DNA from: a virus
Lineage: Duplodnaviria > Caudoviricetes
Strand: one strand, 5' to 3'
Length of the DNA: 64,000 bases
Virus record (IMG/VR): IMGVR_UViG_3300021197_001026
Span: 1,048-65,047 of that record
The notes under the pieces are model-generated. The model was not told the DNA's origin, made no database searches, and worked only from the letters and a program-made list of their open reading frames with translations. Position 1 is the stretch's first letter. Every line of letters starts with the position of its first letter. The position numbers and the translations under genes were made by a program. This document shows, in pieces, positions 7,427-16,587 of the stretch.

Positions 7427-9857
7427 ACACTTCTTTCGCTATCTGTATACCAGCCTTCAAACCTTCTACTTGGTCTTTAGATTCTTGCTCAGCAATCTTT
7501 ACACCAAGCCTTGCCTGCTCAATCTCTGCTTGTTGATCTAGACGTTGCTGATCAAGGTCTGCCCTAGCCATAGCCTTTTGAGCATCAAGCTGCAATCTGC
7601 CCATTTCGGACTGTGCCCTAGTCTGTGCTTCCATCTCTTTGATTTGCAACTCTTTTTGCTGCATCTGAATGATGGGATCTTGTGATTGCTGTTGCGCCTT
7701 CTGCTGTTGAGCCTGTTGCTGGTTAGAACCTTTCAACTGTTCAGCGGCTTGACCCGCCAATCTAGAGATTCTGAACTCAATATCTTCAGGCAGCGGCTCT
7801 CCAGGAGGTGGCAACTCGAATCCAAGCTGCTTTTCAATCTCAAGCCGGTACTGGAACGCCAAATGCTCTTGAACGTGGGCTGCAAGCTCTGCCATAGCCT
7901 TCTTGGCGTTAGGACTCTTGGACATGATCTCCATAACCTTGGGATCTTCTGCCATTGCCTTGTGCGCTTGGATGTGAGCTTCGTGATCTTGGTAGGCAAA
8001 CGCTTTAACAGGCTTACCGTTGATCATATTCATGTTTTCAGTGATCGGATCAGTCGGTTCTTGGTCGTCATCCGTTGGAACGATCTTATCTGCGTCCCGA
8101 ATGTTCAAGATTTCTAGCATTTGCCGGTGTAATAGCGGCATGTCGTACATTTCTGGCGCTTGTTGCGCTAATTGTAGTGCCGCTTGGTACTGCATGATGC
8201 GCTGAGCCATCGTTCCGGCGTTTGGATCGCTAACTGGGATGATATCTACCCGATCATCGAAGTCTTCAGCCACCATTGGCTTGTTTTCTTCGTCGTATGG
8301 GTACGATTCAGGCCCAAAATCACGCACAACGTTGGATAACAGCCGTAATTCACTACGCATAGAGGCATGTAGACGCGCTTGAACCGCACTCATCACCTTC
8401 ATAGAGCGTTCTAGTATCGCTAAGGTGGTGCCAACAGGTGCTTCAGCGTTCATATCCGCTGCTTTTACGTCTGCCGCCGACGCAAACCGTCTGCCTTCCT
8501 CAACAATGTCGCCCATAAGCTGATACAAAACAGTACTTGGCTCTTTGTAGGGCAGAAAACTGATGTTTTCTTTGATCGATCCACCCGGAACGTCCACATC
8601 TCGGAACTCACCAGGCATGATCGGGGTGTCATCACCCTTAATTCGTAAACCTCGAGCCTTCAAGCCACCTGGTAAGTTGGCAAGTGTGCCTGCATCAACC
8701 AGTTGACGGAGCAAAGAGGTAGCAGATTTCGCCAATCCACCAATCATGTGGATCAAACCAAACCCGTAGAAGCCTAAACCCGGCATATACTGGTAGTGAA
8801 CGAAGTGATCGCGCTTCATCTTGCGCTCATCGGTCTCATACCAGTTACGTCGTATTGACAGTATCGTGCGAGATGACAGATCAATCGACACCACATACGG
8901 CAACATGATGCCAGTAGGCTCACCTTTGTTCGTATCTTCAAACCCGACAAGATCTAGATCGACATTCATCTCTAAGATGGTGTGCCGGTAATCCATGTCG
9001 TAGTTGGCAGAGTCGCCGGTTAGCTCGTTGTACTTGCGCTCTATGTCATCGTAATCGGGGGCGGCTGCTGGTAACTCCACATCTAAGTAGAAACCTGCAA
9101 CTTGGAGCTTACGAATCTCATTTGCGCTGCGCTTCATCACATGTGTGTATCGCTCACACGTTGATAAGTCTGAGGCACCGTAACTAACAACGAAGTCTTC
9201 TGCCGGAACAAACATACTGCAAGGCCGACCCATGTTGGGATCGTAGTAAACCTTACGGAAAGCAGAACCTGCCAAAGGCAAAGAGAACAACATCCGTTCG
9301 GTTTCAGGCCGATACTCGGTCATCTTCTCGGTCAGCAGGTAGTTCAGATAGTCTTGAACTCGATTCGCTTGGTTTTCCTTGTCAGGGGTAATGGTGCCGA
9401 CCACTGAGGTCTTTACAGGCCCACCCGCTGGGAACAACTCTTGTATCGCCTGAGACTGAAACTTAATGACTGACTCGGTAAGCAGTGGATGAAACACACC
9501 ACAAGCGCCATCCCAAGGGGTGGTGCGGTCTTCATGCTTCAGCCCCAGCAGATCCAAACCTTCAATGTAGGTTCGTTCCCAGTCTGCACGACTTTCTTTG
9601 TCTGACTTGAAGGAGCCGACAAGCTCAGAGGCGATACCGTAAAGATCGCCCTCATCAATAAACTCAGCTAGGTTGGAGTCGTGGGACTCCGCACCCATTG
9701 GCACCATGTCTGGGTCAAAGTCGATGATCATCCCGCCGTCTTCGGTTTCTATAGATACCGCATCAGGATTAACAATCTCTATCTCTAGGTCAGGCTCATC
9801 GCCGGTTCCCTGAGAAAATATCGACTCTGGCGTAGCCAAAGGGCGGTCAATAGCCAT
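7416..9857 (-). CDS. Portal protein, module A (P22-like, long Q-rich C-terminal barrel)
   Basis: 813 aa, downstream of TerL; PGLGFYGFGLIH...LRQLVDAGTLANLP...PGEFRDVD. Confidence 0.88.
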   Translation of the reverse strand: MAIDRPLATPESIFSQGTGDEPDLEIEIVNPDAVSIETEDGGMIIDFDPDMVPMGAESHDSNLAEFIDEGDLYGIASELVGSFKSDKESRADWERTYIEGLDLLGLKHEDRTTPWDGACGVFHPLLTESVIKFQSQAIQELFPAGGPVKTSVVGTITPDKENQANRVQDYLNYLLTEKMTEYRPETERMLFSLPLAGSAFRKVYYDPNMGRPCSMFVPAEDFVVSYGASDLSTCERYTHVMKRSANEIRKLQVAGFYLDVELPAAAPDYDDIERKYNELTGDSANYDMDYRHTILEMNVDLDLVGFEDTNKGEPTGIMLPYVVSIDLSSRTILSIRRNWYETDERKMKRDHFVHYQYMPGLGFYGFGLIHMIGGLAKSATSLLRQLVDAGTLANLPGGLKARGLRIKGDDTPIMPGEFRDVDVPGGSIKENISFLPYKEPSTVLYQLMGDIVEEGRRFASAADVKAADMNAEAPVGTTLAILERSMKVMSAVQARLHASMRSELRLLSNVVRDFGPESYPYDEENKPMVAEDFDDRVDIIPVSDPNAGTMAQRIMQYQAALQLAQQAPEMYDMPLLHRQMLEILNIRDADKIVPTDDDQEPTDPITENMNMINGKPVKAFAYQDHEAHIQAHKAMAEDPKVMEIMSKSPNAKKAMAELAAHVQEHLAFQYRLEIEKQLGFELPPPGEPLPEDIEFRISRLAGQAAEQLKGSNQQQAQQQKAQQQSQDPIIQMQQKELQIKEMEAQTRAQSEMGRLQLDAQKAMARADLDQQRLDQQAEIEQARLGVKIAEQESKDQVEGLKAGIQIAKEVFDE

Positions 9858-10181
9858 CTATCCGTTCTTCGTGAACTTTTGAGGTCGGGCCGCACCAGAA
9901 CCACGGGCAACTGTATTGCCTCCTTCTCTCATCTGCACTCTAGCGACACCACCGTTAGCCATCATCTTTGGGCTAACCTTCATGCCGCCAGTTTTACCAC
10001 CAGCCTGCATTTTGCCAACACCATCAGCAGCAAAAGCGGGAACCATCTCACCGCCCTTTTTGACCATAGGCATCTTGCCACCAGCACTCATGCCTTTGGT
10101 TTTCATTTTGCCGCCAGCCATATAGCCTTTAGCTTTCATCTTGCCACCAGCTTGGTAGCCTTTAGTCTTTTTCTTCATCAT
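9858..10181 (-). CDS. Low-complexity basic protein with (M/Y)xAGGK repeats
   Basis: Repeats visible in the translation; counterpart of 55314-55586. Confidence 0.65.
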   Translation of the reverse strand: MMKKKTKGYQAGGKMKAKGYMAGGKMKTKGMSAGGKMPMVKKGGEMVPAFAADGVGKMQAGGKTGGMKVSPKMMANGGVARVQMREGGNTVARGSGAARPQKFTKNG

Positions 10182-10860
10182 CTTCTCCTGCGTAGAGATT
10201 ATCGAATACTTGATTCACATCTAACGTGTAATCCAAATCGGACTTACTGTAGTGAATGTGCTGGGATGGTCTGAAGTCTGGGGCACCTTCGCCTGTTTCA
10301 AACCATGCCGGATGTGTCACTCTAACCCTATTGTTAGGCAAAGCAACGATATTCCCCGTCCACTTACCAGCATCTAAAAGCTCCATCACATGACTCTGCT
10401 TGTGTTGTGCAGGGTCATCAGCTATCTCGTTGTCAGTGTAATCCACTGTGAACATATACCTAGCTGGATACATATCGCCATCGATCTTAGCAAGCCAGGG
10501 GCACGGCGTACAACGATCCAAGACATATACCGAATGCTCCCGCGAACTACAATCCCACGGTTGCGCTGCCCACGTTGGCATCGGCTCAGGCCACTCTTCT
10601 AGCGGAGTATCTGCTACTAGACCTGTGATCGGCATCCTTGCCCACATCGCACCGCCGTGTACGTTCGGCTCGTCATCGTCATCGTAGGTCTCGGCCCCAG
10701 TGAATATCATCTGGAAGCTCAAGCTACGACACGGCATTGTTGTTACAGCGACTGCCATCGCGTGTATGAACTCACCGTGATACTTGGCGTGGTTGTGGGT
10801 GTATTCCTTCCTTACCCAGCACTTGAAGTACGGGATATTGCTTTGCAGGAAAGCCATCAA
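10162..10860 (-). CDS. Conserved phage protein of unknown function (homolog of 54633-55310)
   Basis: HGGAMWARMPI...QPWDC...ADDPAQHKQSHV...GNIVALPNNRVRV. Confidence 0.8.
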   Translation of the reverse strand: MMAFLQSNIPYFKCWVRKEYTHNHAKYHGEFIHAMAVAVTTMPCRSLSFQMIFTGAETYDDDDEPNVHGGAMWARMPITGLVADTPLEEWPEPMPTWAAQPWDCSSREHSVYVLDRCTPCPWLAKIDGDMYPARYMFTVDYTDNEIADDPAQHKQSHVMELLDAGKWTGNIVALPNNRVRVTHPAWFETGEGAPDFRPSQHIHYSKSDLDYTLDVNQVFDNLYAGEDDEEKD

Positions 10861-11573
10861 ACAGCGTCCTTATAAAATTGTTTTTCCCATTCCTTGTGCC
10901 GTTTTATCGGCTCTTTGAAATAGTCCATGAATCGTGCCATATAAACCACAAAGTGGTTCAACCAACTCAGCGGTGCAGGCAACGGTCTCATGTAGTCCAG
11001 AAACAAAACCACCCTGTTACGGTTGGTCATGTTTACCGCCATGTGTTCGTAGGTGTCATCAAAGACAACAGTCTTGCCTTCTTCCCACCGATACTCTTGC
11101 TTGTTCACCACCAACACACAGCCTTTGCCTTCGGTTGGTATATCAAGACCTAGATGCACCCTGAGTATCCCACACCACGGGCCTTCGTGAGGCATCAACA
11201 TCTTTCTTGGCCCGATCACTGAGAAGTAGGCAGATATCAGATTCTTCTCGGCGTCTATGATCTTCATAGTCTCAGGGAACTCTTGGCAGTTCCGATCAAA
11301 GCGGATCTTGCCTGCCTTCAAGAAAAACATCTTCCACTTGTCATCGTTAGAGATGTATATCTGATCTGGGCTGATGGTCTGAAACGGCGCGAACTCATCT
11401 ATACGGTTCCGCATCTTCTCGAACTCTGCCCTGATCACATCGTAGTTTTGTTCTAGAACAGCGGTGACAGGGAAGTCTGCGTTATCAAAAAACACACGAT
11501 TGCCCTTCTTCGAGAATCTTCTAAACAATGGCCTAAAGGCTTTTTCGACAAGCCAGCCATTTACCTCAACCAT
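10857..11573 (-). CDS. Aspartyl/asparaginyl beta-hydroxylase family 2OG-Fe(II) dioxygenase (LpxO-like)
   Basis: AYFS...PHEGP..G.LRVHLGL...W.EG..VVFDDTYEH...RVVLFLD. Confidence 0.85.
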   Translation of the reverse strand: MVEVNGWLVEKAFRPLFRRFSKKGNRVFFDNADFPVTAVLEQNYDVIRAEFEKMRNRIDEFAPFQTISPDQIYISNDDKWKMFFLKAGKIRFDRNCQEFPETMKIIDAEKNLISAYFSVIGPRKMLMPHEGPWCGILRVHLGLDIPTEGKGCVLVVNKQEYRWEEGKTVVFDDTYEHMAVNMTNRNRVVLFLDYMRPLPAPLSWLNHFVVYMARFMDYFKEPIKRHKEWEKQFYKDAV

Positions 11574-13078
11574 CAGTAATAAGTGGCCCTTTTCGGATAG
11601 AACGGTTCGTCTTCTTCGTCTGAGTTGAGTCTCAAGAACCCGCCTTGCCGGAACCTGAGTAGTGCCTGTGTGGATGAATCCACAAGGTCATCGTGTTCAC
11701 CAGAAGGAAACGATGCAAACTCTTCGATCACCTCTTCGGCAAACCGTGTACCTGGTGCCCACACAATCCCTGACGCAAACAGGTCTGACACTGCGTTGAC
11801 CCTTGATATCTTGTCGTTGCCCCTAGACGGGGTGTATTCACCGACAGGTATACCCATAGCCCGTAATTCAAAGATCAACGGCATACCAGCAGCTTTGGCT
11901 TCCACAATACACGCATCGGGTTGCCAGTCTGTATAGAACTCTAGTGCCGTCTTTTTCAATTCAGGGAACTCTAACCGCTCTTTGTAGGCATCCAACAAGA
12001 TGATGTTGGGCTGCATTACGCCTTCAGAGTTGGGTTTGTAAAAAACCCCCCACGTTGTACACGCCGAGTAGTCGGCACGTTGTGTCTTTAGGAACGCTGT
12101 GTCCCAAGACTGAATAATAAACTCGCACGGCGGCGGGGTTGCGTCTTCCCATTCTTGCCACCACTCACGCTTAACTAGCGCACCCTCTTCTGAGGTTGGG
12201 TTTTGCTGATACTGGGCATTCCACTTCGGCGCAGGCAGTTCGTTCTGTAGAGCGGTTAACTCCTCTAAAGACCAGAACTCAGGCCACAATGCTTTGCCGG
12301 AAGGCATGATTGCGGGGAACTCAATGACTTCCCACTCATCTGTGCCTGCACGTTGAACAGAAGACTTGATGATCTGCCCCGTCAAATCCCGTTTGTGCCA
12401 TCGGGTCATCACTACAATGATCGCACCACCAGGCTGTAAACGCTGACGTGGGCCTGATGTGTACCAGTCATACACCCGATCAAAGACACCTGCGTCGGCA
12501 CTCTGGCCTTCCTGCTCAGAATGCGGGTCATCAATGATCAGCAGATCTGCACCTTTACCAGTGACCGCACCGCCAACACCAATAGCGAAGTATTCACCGT
12601 TCTTACTGGTGCTCCATCGACCAGCGGCTTTGCTATCGGATCGCAGTCCTAGATCAGGGAATACCATCTTGTAATCATCGCTGTCTACAAGGTTACGCAC
12701 CTTACGACCAAACCCCACAGATAACTCTGCGGTATGCGCGGTTTGAATGATCTTCTTCTCGGGATACTTGCCTAAAAACCAAGCAGGCAATAGATACGAA
12801 GCGAACTCTGATTTGGTATGCCGTGGAGGCATATTAACGATCAGACGCTTTAGTTCACCACTAGCAACGCGCTCAAAGGCGTTTGCCATAATCTTGTGGT
12901 GCCGTCCTTCAATGAACGCAGGCCACACATAGTTGGTGAAACCCATGAAGCTATCTCTAGCACGTTCTTTCTTTTCAGATTCTTCAAGGTCTTCAAGAAG
13001 CGAAAGGATCTCTTTCTGATCTTCTAATGGAAGATCTGGGAGCTTCTCTAAAAGCTTTGAGTCAATTCGTTTCGACAA
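11573..13078 (-). CDS. terL: Terminase large subunit
   Basis: Walker A MPPRHTKS, Walker B IIDDPH, MTRWH coupling motif, nuclease motifs SWDTA and HDDLVDS. Confidence 0.95.
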   Translation of the reverse strand: MSKRIDSKLLEKLPDLPLEDQKEILSLLEDLEESEKKERARDSFMGFTNYVWPAFIEGRHHKIMANAFERVASGELKRLIVNMPPRHTKSEFASYLLPAWFLGKYPEKKIIQTAHTAELSVGFGRKVRNLVDSDDYKMVFPDLGLRSDSKAAGRWSTSKNGEYFAIGVGGAVTGKGADLLIIDDPHSEQEGQSADAGVFDRVYDWYTSGPRQRLQPGGAIIVVMTRWHKRDLTGQIIKSSVQRAGTDEWEVIEFPAIMPSGKALWPEFWSLEELTALQNELPAPKWNAQYQQNPTSEEGALVKREWWQEWEDATPPPCEFIIQSWDTAFLKTQRADYSACTTWGVFYKPNSEGVMQPNIILLDAYKERLEFPELKKTALEFYTDWQPDACIVEAKAAGMPLIFELRAMGIPVGEYTPSRGNDKISRVNAVSDLFASGIVWAPGTRFAEEVIEEFASFPSGEHDDLVDSSTQALLRFRQGGFLRLNSDEEDEPFYPKRATYY

Positions 13079-13087
13079 GTTCGCTCC

Positions 13088-13139
13088 ATAGAACGCTTTC
13101 GATAGATGGCTCTCTATAGAACGCTTTCTATAGATGGCT
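13088..13139. repeat. Two 24-bp direct repeats (28-bp period) upstream of terL
   Basis: ATAGAACGCTTTCGATAGATGGCT and ATAGAACGCTTTCTATAGATGGCT. Confidence 0.85.
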
Positions 13140-13526
13140 TTCGTTAAATAGCTATCTCGGCACCGACCACCTAAAGGTGCCGTATTACGTTCAACCTGTA
13201 GAACGTTCTATGTCAACTATAGGAGAGTTTAGCAGACTGAGGCACTTGACAAAGATTGTCAACAATAAGTGAAAATTTTTAGAAATTTTTTTTGGGGCTG
13301 GGACTCCTAGGCCTTTATCTGAGAATAAAAGGGTAGGTTGCATGTTGCACGTTATACTCTCAGGGAAAAAAGGGGTAATCGCTTGAGTGTTTTACTATGT
13401 ATGTATATATGCATGCGCATGCGCGTACAGGGGGGTGGGGGTGTCGTTGCTTGCCAGGGCGTCAGGGAAAAGCGCCCTTAGTCTAATGGTTGTGATTCGT
13501 TCGTCGCTAGATGTTAACCGTTACAC

Positions 13527-13991
13527 TTAATGCAGTGGCTCGCCATCGCTCTGACTATTCTTGTTAGCCTCGGCCAGTCTGCGCTCTATCTCTTCTGCTA
13601 CTTCTTCTGGCGATCTATCAGCAGTCTCGACAACTTGTTTATCGCTAAACATGGCAACCGTCCGGCCTAGCAATTGTGCAGCCTGTAATTGTGCCGGTGT
13701 TGGCTCGTCGCCCGTTTTAGGATCGATACCGTCCTCTACCCAAGCCCTTAACTTATTCGTTACCAACTGCCTATCGTTCACGGCGACTCGGGCGATAGCA
13801 GCGGTTTTCTGCTGGGTTATAGCGTCCACCCTTGCGGAAACCTTGGGGTTCTTCATCAACCGACTCGCCTCACTGTGAACCGTCGATGCCTTGCCAGTGC
13901 TATTGAATGCTTCCCTATATGCCGTCGATTGATCGCTACCCCCAGCGATCAACTGGCAGAACCGCTCTTGCTTGCTTGTGAGTTTATCCAT
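13527..13991 (-). CDS. terS: Terminase small subunit
   Basis: LTSKQERFCQ...AY..A...ASRLMKNPKVSARV HTH pattern; upstream of terL. Confidence 0.8.
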   Translation of the reverse strand: MDKLTSKQERFCQLIAGGSDQSTAYREAFNSTGKASTVHSEASRLMKNPKVSARVDAITQQKTAAIARVAVNDRQLVTNKLRAWVEDGIDPKTGDEPTPAQLQAAQLLGRTVAMFSDKQVVETADRSPEEVAEEIERRLAEANKNSQSDGEPLH

Positions 13992-14133
13992 TGCATCGAA
14001 TCGCCCTATATAGTGGCACCTATCCTATGGCCCCAGATCACCCCAGAACAGACCACGACTAACGACCCATATTAGTGGCAAGTCGTGCAAACTACCCCCA
14101 AATAGCCCAAACCGTGCAAATTATTTTCGCTCG

Positions 14134-14146
14134 TAAGTTATTGATT
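14134..14146 (-). promoter_or_regulatory. IHF-binding consensus site
   Basis: AATCAATAACTTA matches WATCAANNNNTTR, in the AT-rich divergent intergenic region. Confidence 0.55.
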
Positions 14147-14229
14147 CGTAACGATAAACAAAATTAATTCAAATTATTTTGCTGTGGGGTGTTGCACATT
14201 GCATGTTCGTTGTGGTCTCTTAAATGCCA

Positions 14230-14570
14230 ACGGCGACGGGGAGCCGACTGAATCCCGCCACCTAACACGGTGTAAGCGAGTCCCGAAACGGGCAGCGCTG
14301 CCAAGGTGAGACTACTAGCCGGTCAAAGGTGCTAGGGCAGGATAGGCGAAGAGCTATGCAGATCGTCCCGCAACGGGCATATCGATAGCGAGTATTTGAG
14401 GTCAACTACGGACGGAACGAGGCCAACAAGATTAGCGACACCTGCACCGCATTACAGCGGACAGACTAAAGCGATGGTGAACCCGTAGGGTTGAACATCT
14501 AGTGAAGTAAGACCCGGACGGGCAACACTGCTAGATGGCCCGAAAGACTGGCATCGCCCAACATCTGTAA
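14230..14570 (+). ncRNA. Putative large structured non-coding RNA, family unknown
   Basis: No ORF of 60 aa or more. Nested stems (GCGATG/CATCGC, CATCTAG/CTAGATG) and three copies of a GWCCCG-loop-CGGGCA hairpin. Confidence 0.55.
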
Positions 14571-14654
14571 AAGTAATGGTTTATCAGAGCGCACTGGCAA
14601 TCGGGCTAGTGCTTTCGAGTAAACCAACAAGCAAACCACAACGGAGAAAATCCA

Positions 14655-14795
14655 ATGGAACTAAACGACCACGCAGCATTTGAAAACCTAATGATCGAGA
14701 ACGAAATCGAGACCGCAGGTCTCACAGATCTAGTCGAGGCGAAGGTAATACCAACCGAGGAACTCGACCGAATACTCAACGAGCTTGGAGTGTAA
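14655..14795 (+). CDS. 46-aa acidic early protein (MELNDHAAFENLMIENE...)
   Basis: Manual translation; GGAGA RBS; first ORF of the + strand cluster. Confidence 0.7.
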   Translation: MELNDHAAFENLMIENEIETAGLTDLVEAKVIPTEELDRILNELGV

Positions 14796-14797
14796 AC

Positions 14798-15004
14798 ATG
14801 GCGACACAGACAACCGAGCAGCAATTCGTTCATTCAACCGACCAAGAGTTTCAAGCATTCATGGGCGAAAAGTTGAACCAAATGATCGAAAACGTTCTGC
14901 ACGATGCCCTAGTGGAAAAGGGCTGGAATGTTCACGCCGTGGCTGGCTGGAAAGCGAGCTTCGATGTGACGTTCATTCAGGAAACCTTTGAAGACGAGGA
15001 GTGA
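14798..15004 (+). CDS. Hypothetical early protein
   Basis: GGAG RBS; adjacent to the previous ORF. Confidence 0.65.
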   Translation: MATQTTEQQFVHSTDQEFQAFMGEKLNQMIENVLHDALVEKGWNVHAVAGWKASFDVTFIQETFEDEE

Positions 15005-15064
15005 TTGATTGAACAAAGCGCATTCACTGAGTGCGCTTGATTGAATCAATAACTAGGAAAACTA

Positions 15065-15316
15065 ATGACCTACGAAGTAGTGACAACAGCCCGAACCTAT
15101 GCCGGATACCTGAACTCAACCGAGTATCGAGTGCGAATCGAGAAAGATACCGAGCGTTTCTATGTCCTCAAGTACATAGATAACAAACACATCGGCACGA
15201 CTCGCATATCGATTGTTGAGCGCGGCGAAGAGGAGGCTCTGAGAAGAGCGCGAAAGTATGTAGACCTGTTCATTTCAGTATGCAGCAACTGGAACTATCG
15301 AAGATCCCCTAAGTAA
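15065..15316 (+). CDS. Hypothetical early protein
   Basis: AGGA RBS; ends 1 nt before the ribozyme. Confidence 0.6.
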   Translation: MTYEVVTTARTYAGYLNSTEYRVRIEKDTERFYVLKYIDNKHIGTTRISIVERGEEEALRRARKYVDLFISVCSNWNYRRSPK

Positions 15317-15377
15317 CTGTCGAAACCGCTCCGGCGGTCTGTATCGATTGGCCCCGATGCACTGATGAGACAGGCCA
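15317..15377 (+). ncRNA. Type II hammerhead ribozyme
   Basis: CTGTC-GAAA-CCGC(TCCG)GCGG-TC-TGTATCG(ATTGGCCC)CGATGCA-CTGATGA-GACAG. All core nucleotides and three stems are present; predicted GUC cleavage after 15339. Confidence 0.92.
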
Positions 15378-15407
15378 CCGAATTCTAAAACCAACGGAGA
15401 AAATCCT

Positions 15408-16343
15408 ATGAAAAAACAAGCAAACAAATTCGATCAGATCACCGAGACGATCATCAAACAGATGGAGACCCACGGCACCAACTGGACAAAACCATTCACC
15501 GATGGGCAAGGAGGCTTGCCGCGCCGAGCATTCGATGGGCGCAAGATGTACCGAGGCATCAACATCCTGATGCTGGGCTTGTGTGGCGGCTACTGGGCTA
15601 CCTATGACCGATGGCAGCAAGAGGGCTACCAAGTTCGCAAGGGCGAGAAATCCAGCACCGTGTATTTTTGGGCAGAACGGAAGAAAGAAGACCCAGAGAC
15701 CAAGGAAGAGGTGAAGTTCTGGGTGTTCAACTCCTACAATGTTTTCTCTGCCGATCAGCTAGAGGTGGCTGGCTTGGCATGTATGCGACGAGTCAAGGGC
15801 ACCAAGAAGAAAGAGCAGTTCATCAGCAAGGCATGGGTGAACCCTAACCCCACCGAGTTCAATGATGAGACCGAGATAGTCCAGGCCGCAGATGAATGGA
15901 TCGAGGCAACAGGTGCCGACGTGCGCCACAGTGCGAAGGGTGCAGCGTACTACTCACACGCCGACTTCATCCACATGCCGAACCGTGAGCTATTCCTTGG
16001 CAGCGAGACTGCCGACCCGACGCATTGCTACTACTCAACATTCCTTCACGAACTAACACACTGGACGGGTGCCTCGCACCGACTGAGCCGTGAGAAGGGT
16101 CACAAGTTTGGCGACAAGAAGTATGCATTCGAGGAGCTTGTTGCTGAGCTAGGCGCAGCGTTTCAGTGTGCTTTGCTAGGCATCTCGATGGAACCGAAGC
16201 CAGATCATGCCGAGTATCTCGCCAACTGGTTGACCTGTTTGAAAGAGCAGCCCAAGGCAATCTACAAGGCCGCATCACTGGCGCAGCAGGCGGTGGACTA
16301 CATCGACAAGTGCCAACCTATCAATCAAGAGGAGGCCGCATAA
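15408..16343 (+). CDS. ardC: ArdC-like antirestriction/ssDNA-binding protein with zincin-like domain
   Basis: W.KPF...YRGINIL.L...WATY..W...G.QVRKGEKS...Y.VF; HELTHWTG; YAFEELVAELGAAF; HAEYL.NW. Confidence 0.9.
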   Translation: MKKQANKFDQITETIIKQMETHGTNWTKPFTDGQGGLPRRAFDGRKMYRGINILMLGLCGGYWATYDRWQQEGYQVRKGEKSSTVYFWAERKKEDPETKEEVKFWVFNSYNVFSADQLEVAGLACMRRVKGTKKKEQFISKAWVNPNPTEFNDETEIVQAADEWIEATGADVRHSAKGAAYYSHADFIHMPNRELFLGSETADPTHCYYSTFLHELTHWTGASHRLSREKGHKFGDKKYAFEELVAELGAAFQCALLGISMEPKPDHAEYLANWLTCLKEQPKAIYKAASLAQQAVDYIDKCQPINQEEAA

Positions 16344-16363
16344 GCGGCCCCAAGGGAGAACCG

Positions 16364-16576
16364 ATGAACATAGAAGTCAAGACGTTAGAAAACACGACCA
16401 ACAAACTGATTCATGCAGCAGCTAATGAGATGACACCCAAGCAAAAGGTTTTGCTCAGCATCGAAATACACCGCACCGCTAACCGATGGGTGCAGGCATA
16501 TCACGCAGGGCACTGTAACTGGACTACCGCGAAGGATAACACAGTGACCCTCGACGAAATCATTTTGGATATCTAG
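16364..16576 (+). CDS. Hypothetical protein
   Basis: Start trimmed to the ATG after a GGAG RBS. Confidence 0.55.
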   Translation: MNIEVKTLENTTNKLIHAAANEMTPKQKVLLSIEIHRTANRWVQAYHAGHCNWTTAKDNTVTLDEIILDI

Positions 16577-16587
16577 GAGAAAACAAC

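Noticed and set aside
14230-14570. tRNA, tmRNA or self-splicing intron
   Set aside because: No T-loop GTTCGA/CCA cloverleaf, and no recognisable intron core or interrupted gene. Kept as an unknown structured RNA.
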